Positions 8,001 through 21,677 of a stretch of 64,000 nucleotides of DNA are shown in pieces. Position 1 is the first letter of the stretch. Every line of letters starts with the position of its first letter. The position numbers were made by a program, and so were the translations under genes. The stretch is taken from positions 186,001 to 250,000 of the forward strand of contig JANHCV010000006.1 of assembly GCA_025594325.1 (NCBI GenBank). Reading direction: 5' to 3'. This DNA is from Blastocladiella emersonii ATCC 22665. Lineage: Eukaryota > Fungi > Blastocladiomycota. The notes beneath the pieces were generated by a model that was not told the origin of the DNA, made no database searches, and was given only the letters and a program-made list of their open reading frames with translations.

Positions 8001-11000
8001 TTGGACCCTTGAACACTCAAACCCTCAAACACTCAAACCCTCCAAAGGGCCACCACATACCACACGAAACGTCAACTGAGCCCCGCCCTGCGTGAATCGT
8101 GCGCGAGTGGGTCGAGTGGGTCGAGTGGGCTGAGATACTGGCCAACCGTGCCTGTGGACATGATTCACGCGTTTTTACGCGTTTTTACGCGTTTTTCCTT
8201 ACTCAATGGATGATCAAAGCGACTCCGATACGTCCGGCACGACGTCGGGTTATACGATGCGGGGCTTTGCCCAAGCCATAGGCGCTGCGACTTTCTGCTC
8301 TCGTTTCGTCACGTGCCCGTCACACTTTTCTCAATGACATCACTCCCCGTGGCGTTGCGCCACTTCGCTTCGGCTCCCGCTTCCGCGCTGCTCCCCTCCC
8401 ATTTGCTCCCCTCATTTAATGAAGCTGAATTACTCTATTCAATGGATGTCATAAATCATGAACTTGACGGCAGGCTGGTCCCGTCTCTCCTGCAGCGTTT
8501 TGGGTGGAGCCCGCGCAACAAAGTGCTGTGCTGTGCTTCGTTCGACCGTTGGCTTGAGTGTTCCGTTGGCATCGCTTTCGCGCTTTCCTCTTCAAGGTGC
8601 ACGAGTGCTGCTTAAGCGAGCTCGTGAGCGGAGAAGCATGCCGCCGGATGCCTTCACGTTGCCTGAGCTTGCAGTGCTTTGTCTGCTGAGGTGACCCAAG
8701 CTCAAAATTCTTGCTCATTGTGTCCCTATCCTTCCCCTGCTGTTGATGGACTCTCTCTTCCTGCGCCGCCGCCGTCGCCGCTATTACTACACTGCCGTTA
8801 TGCCCGCCAGGCCTAGCGTCGCGTCGCGTCGCGTCGCGTCCTGGTTACTTGCCGCGGGACTTTGCGCTGAGCGACGCGGAGCGACGCGGAGCGACGAAGC
8901 CGCGTGAACCCTCGCGACGAGTAGCTACTCGATATCTCCTTCTCGGCGGTATGAGGTGCGAGCTATGTTCTGAGCAGAGCGCGCAGCTGACTTCGTTCTA
9001 GCGCAAGCATGCGCGGCTCCATCGGCTGTGCTGCTCACCGCTTTTGTTCATGATCGCTGCAACCTGGCCGGTGGCGGAACGCGCTATTGACTCGCTAGAA
9101 CACCTTGTCGGCGAACTCTATTTGATGCGCGCAGCGAATCATCACGACGTTCGACATTGATATGCTTCCCATGCAATTTGTGCACGTCGACCACCGCGCA
9201 GCTGAAGGCGAGCGAAAGTCGGCTGAGACGGCCGTCACGACCGCGGATGCCAGCTTCTCACCAACAGGCGTGCGTCAGCACGAGCTTGACAGTCCTCCCG
9301 TTCTTGAGGTTTCGCGCGACAGTGAGTATTGCTGCATGAGCAACTTTCGCCAGTTGGACAAGTCTGAGACGAAGCGCTCCGCCCATGCGTGCATCATGAT
9401 GCACACGATGTTGGCTAGCGCTGACGCGTCCCACGTTGCAACGAACGTCATCCTGTGGTCCGCCCTATCGCGCGTCGACCTTGCCCAACCGTTCCACAGT
9501 AGGCCCGCTTCATCTGAGCGCACTTGGTCCGTTGCTGAGAAACCAAGCTTGCTCGAGGTCTAAAACTAGATTGTGGCATGCGATGCACACGGTCACATTG
9601 TCAGCTGGTTCCTTAGATGAAAGCTTGTCGCGTTGCGGGAGACCACAGGGAAGTTGAGTCGCTGGAAGCGTGCGCTAAGTGAAGGAAGTAATTGCGACCC
9701 GGTTGGCAACCTTCAGTTTGCTCCGTCCCGTCCGTAGTCGACTTAATCCAGCTCAACAGCAGGAAGGCGAGTAAAAGCGAGAGAAGTAGGCATGTTGGGA
9801 CAGCTCCAACGCGCGGTACTGACGCGTCGCGACCCTTTCTCTTGTGTCCCTCCATGTAACGCGGATCCGAAGCACGGTCTCAGTCAGCGCTACTACACCT
9901 GAAGCAATTCCGTGTGTTCCACTTCATAAATCATGCAGTTACTTGAATCACGCGTCCACAACGCGTCCGTTGCGCTCAGTGATCGCTGCGAGAGGGCAGT
10001 TGGGCAAAGCCCCGCACAGTTGACACCCGAACGGAGTGAGTGGTGGAGGTACTGGCAATGCGAATCCGGATTCGCGCGTGCTCGGCCGGTCATCCGCATA
10101 TATCACGTGATGCTGGGAAGCTGGGAAGCTGGGGGATGGATGGACGCGGCGCCGCCCAAGTTCGCTCCCCCCGGTCTCCCCTCTCGACTCCCCGCTTACC
10201 GCCATGCAAGTTGAATGCACCCCGGACTAGCTGCAATGTACTCGAAGTGGACAAATGTACCTGTGGGAGCCGCCGCACAAAGTGGAAATCGGGAATGAAT
10301 TGGAAACTCCGCGGCGCGGGCACGGCCGGCGCACCACACGCACGCCCAAGCCCGCACGTCCTGCTAGAATAGTTTTATGTGCTACAAACCGCTTCCTGTT
10401 CGTGACCCCCTTGGTCCTTTGCCTTGCACCGGGCCGGGCCGTCTCGGTTGGGCGCACGCCGCCGCCGCTTGCTCTTGTGGTTGACCCACCCACCTGGAAC
10501 GGCGGGACGGAGACCAATACCGAGCCCCAGATGATCCCCGGCGTCATTGCTATATTTTATTCCATTGCGCAGACGCGTCGCGTCGCGTCGGTCGGCTTTT
10601 CACACCCGGCCCCCGTGTCGCCGCCGCGCCCGCAACTTGAAGTGAACCCACCCGCAACAACAACACGCTTACCGTCGTCGCATGCGTTCGCCGGTCGGGC
10701 TGGCTTCCTTATCCTCCCGTTGCCGAACCACGCCAAGCAGAACCACCAATCGGACCCCGTTTTGGGGATTTCCTATCGCTCCTCTCCCGCGCATCTTGCC
10801 GATCTTGCAGAGCAGCCCGCCCACCACTCCGCCTCGTCGTTGCCCGCCCACACATGGTTGTTTGCGCCACCATCGATTTGACGACCCGGAACGCGTGCGC
10901 CGTCATCATCATCAAGTCGGTCCCCGATCGACTGGTATCCTTTCATTCGCGCTGGTCGCATCTTGCGCGCGTGTGCCGCCCCGCCCGCCCTTCCGCGCCC

Positions 11001-11694
11001 AACGGCCGCGAATCGATCTCGGCTCTGGCGCGGCGATTTTTCGCGCCCACCACTAGCCCCCGAGCTCCCCAAGTTCCCGGCCAGCGCGTTGACCCGCGCG
11101 CGACTCGACCATCTCGGTGAGCAGCGGCTTGAGAGCGCTTTTGAACTTTATGGGCCGGATCCGCCGCCGCACTCCTGCTTGGTGCTGAACGACATTGTTT
11201 TTGTTTTGGCTGGATCCAGCGGCATAAACTAAACTTAACTCGTAGCCACGCATTCCATCTTGTCGCTCGCAGGACTGGGCTTTGGGTCGACCGACGGACC
11301 AAAACAACGCCCTGGATCGACGACCCTTTCACCTAGGCGCGCGTTCTCAAACGGTATTCTATGGCTGACGACGCTCAGAGAGCAGAGTCGCTGAAGGTGA
11401 CGATGCTCGATCGAGTGTTCCTGGCCTTTTATGTGAGCAAACCTTCCCACCTGCGCTGCGTTCTTTTGCAGGCCTGCACATGTCTCACATGTCTCACATG
11501 TTTCCATGCGACCAGCGCCGTGGGCGTGCGAGATCGGGCGTACGGTGCCGGATAATGTTTGTTGCGCGCGGCTATTGTTCTCTCCGTATTGCGTCTAGTC
11601 ATCCCGTCAGCAGAACCCAATCTGGCTGAGATCTGGGGTGACGGCGCGCCCGCTACGCGCTGCAGACTCGCCACGACGACGGAGCGAGAGAAAC

Positions 11695-13950
11695 GGTCGT
11701 CAAACCGCGCCTGCCGAGGGCCCATGGATCCAGGGTGGATCCACCTTGAGCCTTCCAGCGCTGGATCCAGCATTAATCTAGCGTTGGATCCAGATTTCGC
11801 TGACTGGATCCACCATCATGAAAGGCTGATCCAGCCTTGACTGAGATGAGCTGGAATGAGCTTCGCGGCAACCTGGATCGAGACGTTGATCCATTTCCTT
11901 GAAAGTGGACCCACACCTTGATCCACGCGCCCTGGATCAACTTGTTGTAAATGTAGTTCTAGGCGTCCATCTACGTCTGTATCCAACTCTTGCTCAGGCA
12001 GAACCAGGAGCTGATCGACGGTGAACATAGTGGTGAAGAAATTCGTGCGAAAATGTATCGAAATGGTCGCAACGACCCAGCAAACCATGCGAGGAAGCCG
12101 AACGCAACTAGACGTGTTCGTGCTGCTGCAGGATGAGCTCGAGCCCGTCGCCAAACGTCGTGTTTGCGCCGCCAGGATCACGGCGGTCCACAAGGTCAAG
12201 CGAGTTGGCGATCTGCGGCATCATGAGCAGCGTGAGGCTCGCAGCGTCGTCGTACACGTTGATGAGGTACTTGGTGTACCCGCGCTGGTGCGCCGAAGAT
12301 GGCCGGTTCCCGTTCGGCGCGACGTGAAGGAAAGCCGAGATGGCCGACAACGGCACGATGTGGAACTCGCACGTGGCGGGCTGCGTGGGATGGAGAGCAA
12401 CCGTCTGCCCGGCGTTAAGGCCCGGCAGAACGACGTGCGGCACCGACTGGTACAGGTCGAAGTGCTCGACGACCATGCTTTCAAGCTGCATGCCGTCCAA
12501 CTCCAGGTGCGCGGTTTCCACTCGGCGAAGCGCATCCGAGAGCAACGGCGCGCTCAACACCTCACTTGCGACCCATAAAGCTTCACAATGCGACAGTCCT
12601 CACGACTGCCGCGGGCTCTCTTCGCGGGGAGAGCGCCGCGGCGTGGCTCGCCAGCAAACCAGGTCCGTTTCGACCAATTTCCAATGCTCACGTCACGGCC
12701 ACGCGCTTGCAGCAAGTAATTCATGGGTAAATCATCGAGTGCGACGTCGCCGTGCTGTCGCCGGGAGGAGGGAGCGCCGCCGTTGCGAAGGGAGGAGCGA
12801 AACGCGTCGAAACGCGTCGGAATGAGGTCACGCGTGGGCACGCCGCTCGTTTCGGCCGCGTTCGCTTTTGCGGACTCTGCGCCGCGGCGATTCGCGCGCT
12901 CTCGCCTCATCACCACCAACCATGCCATCGACCCACTCGACACCCGCAACCTCGTGCAACCGCCTGCACTACCACCCCTCGACCCCCATGTAACTCATGT
13001 CGACGCGCATCCGCCCGACGCCGCATCGGGCCCGCGCCGCTTGGTGACTTCCACAGTATGCGATGCGTCTCTTGCCTTCTCCTCCCCCGCGACGTGCATC
13101 TGCAGTCATGCCTCAAGTCCGCCGACACGCCCTGCACGCGTCGACGGGACTCGCGCCCGCTGCGCTCGATGCCCACGCCGCGTTCCCACGCCTTTCGCGC
13201 CGGCTGTCCGTTCGTTCACTGACGCACTCACCTTACGACCGCTTTGCCCTGCTTTCTAGCCTTCGAAAAGCACCTCAAGCTGTAGCGGCGCTCGTGGGGG
13301 TCAGTGGCAACGTGTTTGCGTCGACCCTGACCAAGTTCACGACATGGTACGCGGTGTGCGACTTGGTCTACCTCTCCTGCGGACCGAGACTAACATGTTC
13401 GCGGCCGCCATGAGTAGGGCACCGAGTACGCCAAGCAGCGGCAAGTGGGCTGACCCTCACCTGCGGCATCAACTCGCGCACGACGCGCCCAAGCCCGCAA
13501 GGTACAGTCCTTCTCCTTCGCGTTCTCGGCGCGATTCGCACTGCGTGCGGGCACCGCCGAGCTTCGAGTTCCCGAGCGGTCTCGCTCGTGTCCTCTGTCG
13601 GTGCGGGTCTCGGCGACGTGGCTCGCGTGCTCGCGTCGATCGGACTCCTCGCCTGACTTTTTTGCTCACTTGTCTCCGCCACGTCGCCCATAGCCTCGGT
13701 CAACGACAACAAACCTCAGCTATGATCAAGAACATGCTGCGAGGTCTCGCTGCTCGGGTCGTCGCTGGCCTCAAGCACGCGCTCGGCTGCGCGTGCGAGT
13801 CCCAGTTCGAGGCATGCGACTCGGTCGGCATCCTCGCGGACCGACACTGACACGGCCGGCTCGAGTAGGTCATCAAGTACACCACGCTGCAGCGGCAAGG
13901 TCCGCCTCGTCGTCCGCCCTTGCGGCTTGCCCGAGGTCACGCGGTACGGG
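11695..13950. mobile_element. Diverged relative of the 3733..7577 element (left end and internal part); right end not found
   Basis: Starts GGTCGTCAAACCGCGCC (cf. CATCACCAAACCGCGCC), followed by 10 GATC, mostly TGGATCCA, in ~11725-11940. ~12160-13950 is colinear with ~4180-5960. Confidence 0.5.
12108..12560 (-). CDS. Hypothetical protein, paralog of 4109..4567
   Basis: The translations align almost residue for residue over ~110 aa. Confidence 0.45.
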   Translation of the reverse strand: MLSAPLLSDALRRVETAHLELDGMQLESMVVEHFDLYQSVPHVVLPGLNAGQTVALHPTQPATCEFHIVPLSAISAFLHVAPNGNRPSSAHQRGYTKYLINVYDDAASLTLLMMPQIANSLDLVDRRDPGGANTTFGDGLELILQQHEHV

Positions 13951-14851
13951 CTCCATCCCTTTTGTACTCGTCGTGATTAATCGCCCGGCACGTCGTCGCT
14001 GTCCGGCTCTACCGCACACGAGCTGGTGCGCTCGGGTTCTGACCTGGTGCCTGCCGACACGACCCGCTCGCCCAACACCTTCTTGATCATCGCTCACTCG
14101 TCGCCGCCACGTCACCCATAGGCTCGATCTACCACGACAAGCTGCTGCGGGGCTCGCCCACCGACTGGTCGGCGCTGCCCTCGAGCCGGCACTCGGCCGC
14201 GCACACGTTCATGGCCAAGGTACGCGACTCGGTCCGGCCTTCCCTTATCCCGTATCACGGCTGACCGTTACGCGTTCGTTGTAGCTGAACAACCCGGGCT
14301 CCTGCTGCACTCGCTGTCGAGTCGGGTTTCCTTCACGGCCGGGTCAAGAACTCGGACTCACGCTGACGTACGAGATCAACTCGGTCCCCGCGCGTCCCCA
14401 CCTCCTGCTGCTCGAGTACCTCCTCAAGTTAACCAGCTGCACCGCGCGCCGCTGCCCTCGCCGACCGCCTTCAAGGTCCACCTGCTCGAGTCGGCCGTCG
14501 AGCAGCTCTCAAGTCCATCAACAACGCGAGCAGTCAAGAAGCAGGACTGACGGCGACCGCGGCCAAGGCGACGGGGCTCGCGGCGTGTGTCACGGACAAC
14601 CGCCTGCGCGCCGACGCGTCGCTCGTCGCATGGGCGGGTCGCCGACCAAGCTGCGGCCTTCGTCGTCGGCTCTTCCTGTCCCTCCCACCTCATCCTGCGC
14701 GTGCGGCCGCGTATATATATCAAATTGCGTCTCATTCAGTGTGTCGTTCAAGGTCAGGACTGGGTCATGCGAGTGATCGTTCGACGCTTGCAGCGGACCC
14801 GATCAACATGTTACTTTTATCAATCGGGCGGGCAAAGATCTCGTTCGATAG

Positions 14852-15634
14852 TTGTTCGAGTTGTCACACGAGCACATCCAGTACAAGAGGATAGAGACTC
14901 GCACTGTCCTGGAAAACGGTGACCTCCGCACAGTCACGTCCAAGTCGGGCTATGTCAAGCCAAAGCCGCTTGAAGCACCTCCGGGCGGGATTGGATTCTT
15001 TGGTGCCGTTAAAGCTCTTTTCAATGCGTTGGGCGAAATCAAGCAGTTTCTGGAGGAGGCAGAGACCAAGCACGAAGAGCAGCTGCGACGTCCAGGGATC
15101 ACTAAGCAAGTGGTGCAGCAGCAGCGACTCAAAGACGGCACCGAGGTGCACTTCCTGCACGAGTCGAAAGTGGGGGACCTGCCGCCACATGTTACTGTTG
15201 TTCACCATCCAATCACGACTCCTACGCGGGTCGTCCAGGCGCAAACCGCGCTTCTAAAGCACAGAAGGATGAAACGAGCAAGTAGCGTACGCTTGTCTCA
15301 ATCCAAACCTCCCGTGTTCACGATGTTTTGGCCAACGTTGTCGCGAATACGCACGTGTAAGTCCGAGTTGAAGCGTACAGGTTCAGGGTGCGAGAGGAAG
15401 GTTCAGCACGATGCACGAGAGGCCGAGATGATGGAGACAGTGATGGACACGGCGAAGGAGGTAGACACAGAAGGAAAGGAAGGGCGTATAACGACGGCTA
15501 ATAGTAGCAGCGATCCAGAACAAAACCAGAGGGAGCGGAGACGCTCGCTCGAGGTGAGCGTGCGACCCCGCGGCGAGGCAGTCCGCCAGCGGTGCCTGGA
15601 AGTGTGGCGCCGCCGGCGCGTGCCACTCGCGTGA
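14852..15634 (+). CDS. Hypothetical protein (uncertain)
   Basis: 260-aa ORF with plausible composition. The start codon is non-ATG and no motif was recognised. Confidence 0.25.
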   Translation: MFELSHEHIQYKRIETRTVLENGDLRTVTSKSGYVKPKPLEAPPGGIGFFGAVKALFNALGEIKQFLEEAETKHEEQLRRPGITKQVVQQQRLKDGTEVHFLHESKVGDLPPHVTVVHHPITTPTRVVQAQTALLKHRRMKRASSVRLSQSKPPVFTMFWPTLSRIRTCKSELKRTGSGCERKVQHDAREAEMMETVMDTAKEVDTEGKEGRITTANSSSDPEQNQRERRRSLEVSVRPRGEAVRQRCLEVWRRRRVPLA

Positions 15635-18077
15635 TTGTCCTACGCGTCTCTCGCGGTCGGGCCAGCGTGCGTGTGTGTACTTAAACTGTCCGGAAGTATT
15701 TAAATTACTTTGGCTAGTTGCCGCGTGCCTTAATTCGCATGATAAGTCCCTCGTAAGACGAACGCGACATAGCTAACCTGGTACCCTTCCCGCAGCAAAG
15801 TCTGCTTGAGATTTTCAGCTCCCAATTTCGCTCGATGAGCCGACGCCAGGCTTCACTCATCGCTGCTCCCCCTTGCCGCGCAAGCCCAAGACCAGAAACA
15901 ATACAGCGACCGCAACAATCGTGTCAGCCATCATCCTGCCTAGTGCTTGATAACCGGGTACTCCATCCGTCTGTTGTCGCAGAGGAGCCTTGTAAAATCC
16001 TTGTTAACCGCGTTGCGAGGTTTACTGTGCCGAGGGCCGCACTCACGGAAACGACGCGGAATTTTCACGGCGCTCGCGCGAGTGCGGCCCGCCAATGCGG
16101 ACGAAAAGGCGCCATCGCCTCTCGTTGCGCCTGCTGATCGGGCATGTGGACCAGCTGCGCACTTGTAGCATACGATTCAACAATATGAAAACATTTAGAA
16201 TGTTCTAGTCGGTACAGAGCTGCAGTTTCCTGACCTTGACGGCACGGGGCCGGTTCCTTGGTCTCACGCTCTAAGCGGCGCGCGCGCAAGTCCGTCGACC
16301 TATCCTGAGTCGCCTCACATATTGCAGCAAGTCCATGTGCATGATTCTTCCATAGTTGAGCGTTGGATGGAGGCAGGATCGAGCAGGCCGTCGCTCCTGC
16401 GTTCACGCGCCGTGTGGCGCAACGCGGTCAGCTGATGGATCGGCTGGGCCGTGGCTTGCTTCCCGGCGACGTTCTTCGTGCGGCCCGCCTGGCGCTCGCT
16501 TTCTCCCCACGTTAGACTGTGATTCTCAAATACCATGTAACTCACTCCATGCAATGCGACTATTTATGTCTCCTCATCATCTTTGCGTGAGCTGTAGCCC
16601 TCACGCTGCTAGTGCCCGCCTGCCACTGTTTGGGCGCCACCGTCGCTCGCCCCATGCTTTACTCTACGCTCCTCACTCAGCGATTTGATGTAACTCATAA
16701 TTTCTTGCTTTTATCGGTACCGCTAAACCTAGTCCAGCTTGCTCCGCTCCGCGCGCGTGCTCATACTGTGACACTCGTAGCGCCTGGTTCAATTGCCTTG
16801 CCGGCGTCAAGATCGCATTGCGAGCAGGATACATCTCGCTTGACGAACGACTCGTTGCGTGAGCCATCACAAGCTGCGCGTTTGGTCCCGCTCGATTGAG
16901 TCCGTGGACGATCTTGCAATCCGCCAAGCGAGCTGCGCCGGCCCAACGCGAGCGCGCAACGCGGCGGTGTACACATCTGCTTGACGCGGCAGTGTGCGCG
17001 TCTGCCTCACGCGTGATGCGCATCACAGCCTGCGTCGCGGGCAAGTCGCTCTCGGCCTGGTTGGCACGTCTCACTCAGCTTGAAGGTCTCCTTCCCCCGG
17101 TACGCCCGCTTCGCTCCTGACGGCTTTCGTGCCAGAAGGCTGCGGTTTCACAGCGAGCCGGTCTCGCCAGGCAATTTCACTGAACCGCCACTTCTCCGTA
17201 GGCCCGGCGGCTTTTGGGCCATCAACTCACGTGTTCCGTTTGGCGCGACGGCATTGCTTTCAGCTTCTGTATCATGTACAACAGGGCTGTTGAAGGTGCC
17301 ACTTTGCGCGCCCTCTTCCTGGAGTTGCCGCACGACTTACCGCCGCTCAACCATCTAGGTCTCTTGGGAACACACTTCGCTGAAATCCAATGCACGCTGC
17401 GCGTGCTTCAGATCTCGGTTGCTTCATTTCGCATACTCCAACCTCACGCAGCTCCAACTAATGTTACGGTTCGTCTCATCGGTCGCTTCGTCCTCCATCC
17501 CCGCGTTCGCAAATCGTGTGGTTCGCCCACTCCTGTCGCCGCACTTCGAGCCCGCACGACTTCCGCGCACCGCGACTGGGCCGCACTCGCGCGGATGCCG
17601 TGAAAAGGACGCGTCACTCGCGCGAGTGCGGCCCTCGACTTTGTCATATCGCGGTACGGGACGTTCATGCGGGACTCGAGGTGCGGCGGCGCCTGACGCG
17701 GCGGGCGGGCGCGTGGCGTGATGGAGTGTGTGATCGCTTGTTGGACCTTGCAATACACGATCCTCGCACGACCCCATGTTCCCGCCGTCGCGCTACCTTA
17801 CACCTGATTGCTCGCCGCGACTGTGACAGTGTGAAGGCGAGGGGGTGCGGCGCGGCCGAAGTTGTTCGTCCGCGGCACGATCCTGGCACCGTCGCGATGA
17901 TTCGGGTTTTTTTTTGCCCCATCGCTCGAGTACCAACAAGCCCGCACTCAGTACGATGCCTTCTCGACGCGCTTGAGGTTCAGGATCACCAAGACGAAGA
18001 TGGATAAACACGGATTCACGGCTAGTATATATGTACAAAACTGCGGGGTATCATCATCATCCTCATCGCTATCACCA

Positions 18078-18857
18078 TCAAACGCCGGCCGCGAGCACGT
18101 ACGGCGGCGGCATCTCGCACGCGGTCCATCCAGGCACGCTGCCGAGGTCCGTCAGGTCGACGTCGCCAACCGGCACCTCGCCGCCATCACCACATTCTCT
18201 TGGTGCCAGCGCCGCCTCGGCCGAGTACGCCGGCAGCGCGTCGGCAAAGAACCCGTACGTCTGGTCGTTGGCAGGCTGCCAGATAAACGCGTCGTTGCCA
18301 AAGTTGACCGCGAGGACCGCGTCGCGCGTCCCGCCGACCGTCGGGTACACGCCGTGGGCGACGGGCAGACACTCGGCGGCGGCGGTCCCCATCTCCTCGC
18401 CGTTGAGCGTGAAGAAGACCGTGTTGCGCCGGACACACCACCCGACGCCAACGGTATCGCCGACGCCGAACCGGCGGCCGTAGGCCGCGTCGAAGGTGCC
18501 GTTGATGTACTTGCGCCCCGCGCTGTGGAACCCGACGCCGATGCCCGCGAGCCCTGGGCCCAGCGTGTACCCCGGACAGTCGCCGCGCGCGAGGCCGACG
18601 CACACGAGGCTTGCGCCGGCGCGCGGTTGTTCGAGGACCGTGACCTCGAAGTAGAAGACGGACTGCGTGTTGGTGGAGGTGAAGTGGATTGGGATCGGGA
18701 AGTTGGACTGCGCGTTGCGGACGTGCGGGCCAGTGAACTGGATGGTGCGCTCGCGGATCTTGACGCTGACGCTCGGGTCGCCCACCACGCCACGCTTGGT
18801 CAGGTCGCACAGCGGCGCGAGCGTGTAGTCGTCGGGGGACGAGGGCAGGTGGGTCAT
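18078..18857 (-). CDS. SPRY/B30.2-domain protein (Ssh4/RanBPM-like SPRY)
   Basis: SPRY pattern FYFEVTVL...VCVGLA...GVGFHSAG...YGRRFGVGDTVGVGW...VFFTLNGEEMG...YPTVG...VNFG, with strong GC3 bias. Confidence 0.85.
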   Translation of the reverse strand: MTHLPSSPDDYTLAPLCDLTKRGVVGDPSVSVKIRERTIQFTGPHVRNAQSNFPIPIHFTSTNTQSVFYFEVTVLEQPRAGASLVCVGLARGDCPGYTLGPGLAGIGVGFHSAGRKYINGTFDAAYGRRFGVGDTVGVGWCVRRNTVFFTLNGEEMGTAAAECLPVAHGVYPTVGGTRDAVLAVNFGNDAFIWQPANDQTYGFFADALPAYSAEAALAPRECGDGGEVPVGDVDLTDLGSVPGWTACEMPPPYVLAAGV

Positions 18858-19241
18858 GTTGATGGTCGTCGACTAGTGTTGGGCGGAGTGATGTAGGAAG
18901 GCGGGGGCCGCGGGGGTTTATGTACGCCGGGCCTCGTCCTTGCGCCGTCGTCCTCGTCGACGACGATTAAATATCACGTCCGCGGCCGGCTACGCGATTG
19001 CTGCACCGTGTGCATCGCGAGCGTCATCCGAAACGTTTTTCGCGCTACGGGATAGCGTATCTGAGGGAGCGATAACCTGCGCACCATGCGGCGCCCGCGT
19101 CGCCGCCATCAGCCGCGCCGCGCTATCATGAAACACGACGTGATTAAAAACCTGTTTTTGATTTTCTCTTTCACACTCTGGCGCGCGGCGTTGGGCGTGT
19201 CGCGCCACCCGACCCGCCATGACGTGCATGACGCGGGGTCT

Positions 19242-21061
<1,820 letters not shown>

Positions 21062-21677
21062 TCAGCGACGTGGTCGTCGTTGGCACTCGCGGTTCAAAGA
21101 TGCATGGGAGGGCGGACCTCGCGAGACGCTCCGTATGTTGCGGGGAGAGCGAGCAGCGGTTGGGGGGAATCGCGCCCTTTTGTACGTGGCGGCGCGTCCG
21201 CTCACTGGGCGGATAACGAAACGACCAACGCGTCTCACATCGCCGTGTGGCTGGCGCCAGTCTTTCAGCACACGGCCACGGCGCTGACCAAGCCGGTCGG
21301 CCACACACAACACACGCGCGAACGTGCGTGCGAGCTCGCAGGTCGGCATGGCCGGCATGAGCATGAGGAGCAGGGCCGACGCGATCCCTGCTTCTCCTCC
21401 GCCGAGTCCGCGTTGCGCCGCTCACGTCACCGCGGCGAGGCACCCGGCGGAAGCCTCATTTCACGGCGACCCAACAAAAACGCTGGCAGCGGCGGGCGAA
21501 AGAGGGCCGATCGGCGCGTCTCGCACCAGGTGTTGGGCCGCGCACGTGCCGTCTCCCGCGGCGCGGCGCGTCGCGCTGCCCGACGCGTTTCTCCCGCCCT
21601 CCCTCTCCCCTTCTCGCTCCGGACTACCAAGCATCAACGTAGCACATCCACCAACCCTGGCAACAACAACCAGCACC

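Noticed and set aside
7932-8040. Interstitial telomere
   Set aside because: The unit is not TTAGGG or a telomere repeat I can support for this organism. It is kept only as a tandem repeat.
8300-11600. Protein-coding genes or a retroelement remnant in the ORF fragments (e.g. 9162..9563, 10255..10881)
   Set aside because: Hand translation of the alternative frames at 9.1-9.6 kb gave stops and no recognisable motif, and codon bias is weak.
15835-17900. Possible element marked by the repeated CTCGCGCGAGTGCGGCCC motif (~16073 and ~17617)
   Set aside because: It is only a short direct match, with no TIR, TSD or ORF support.
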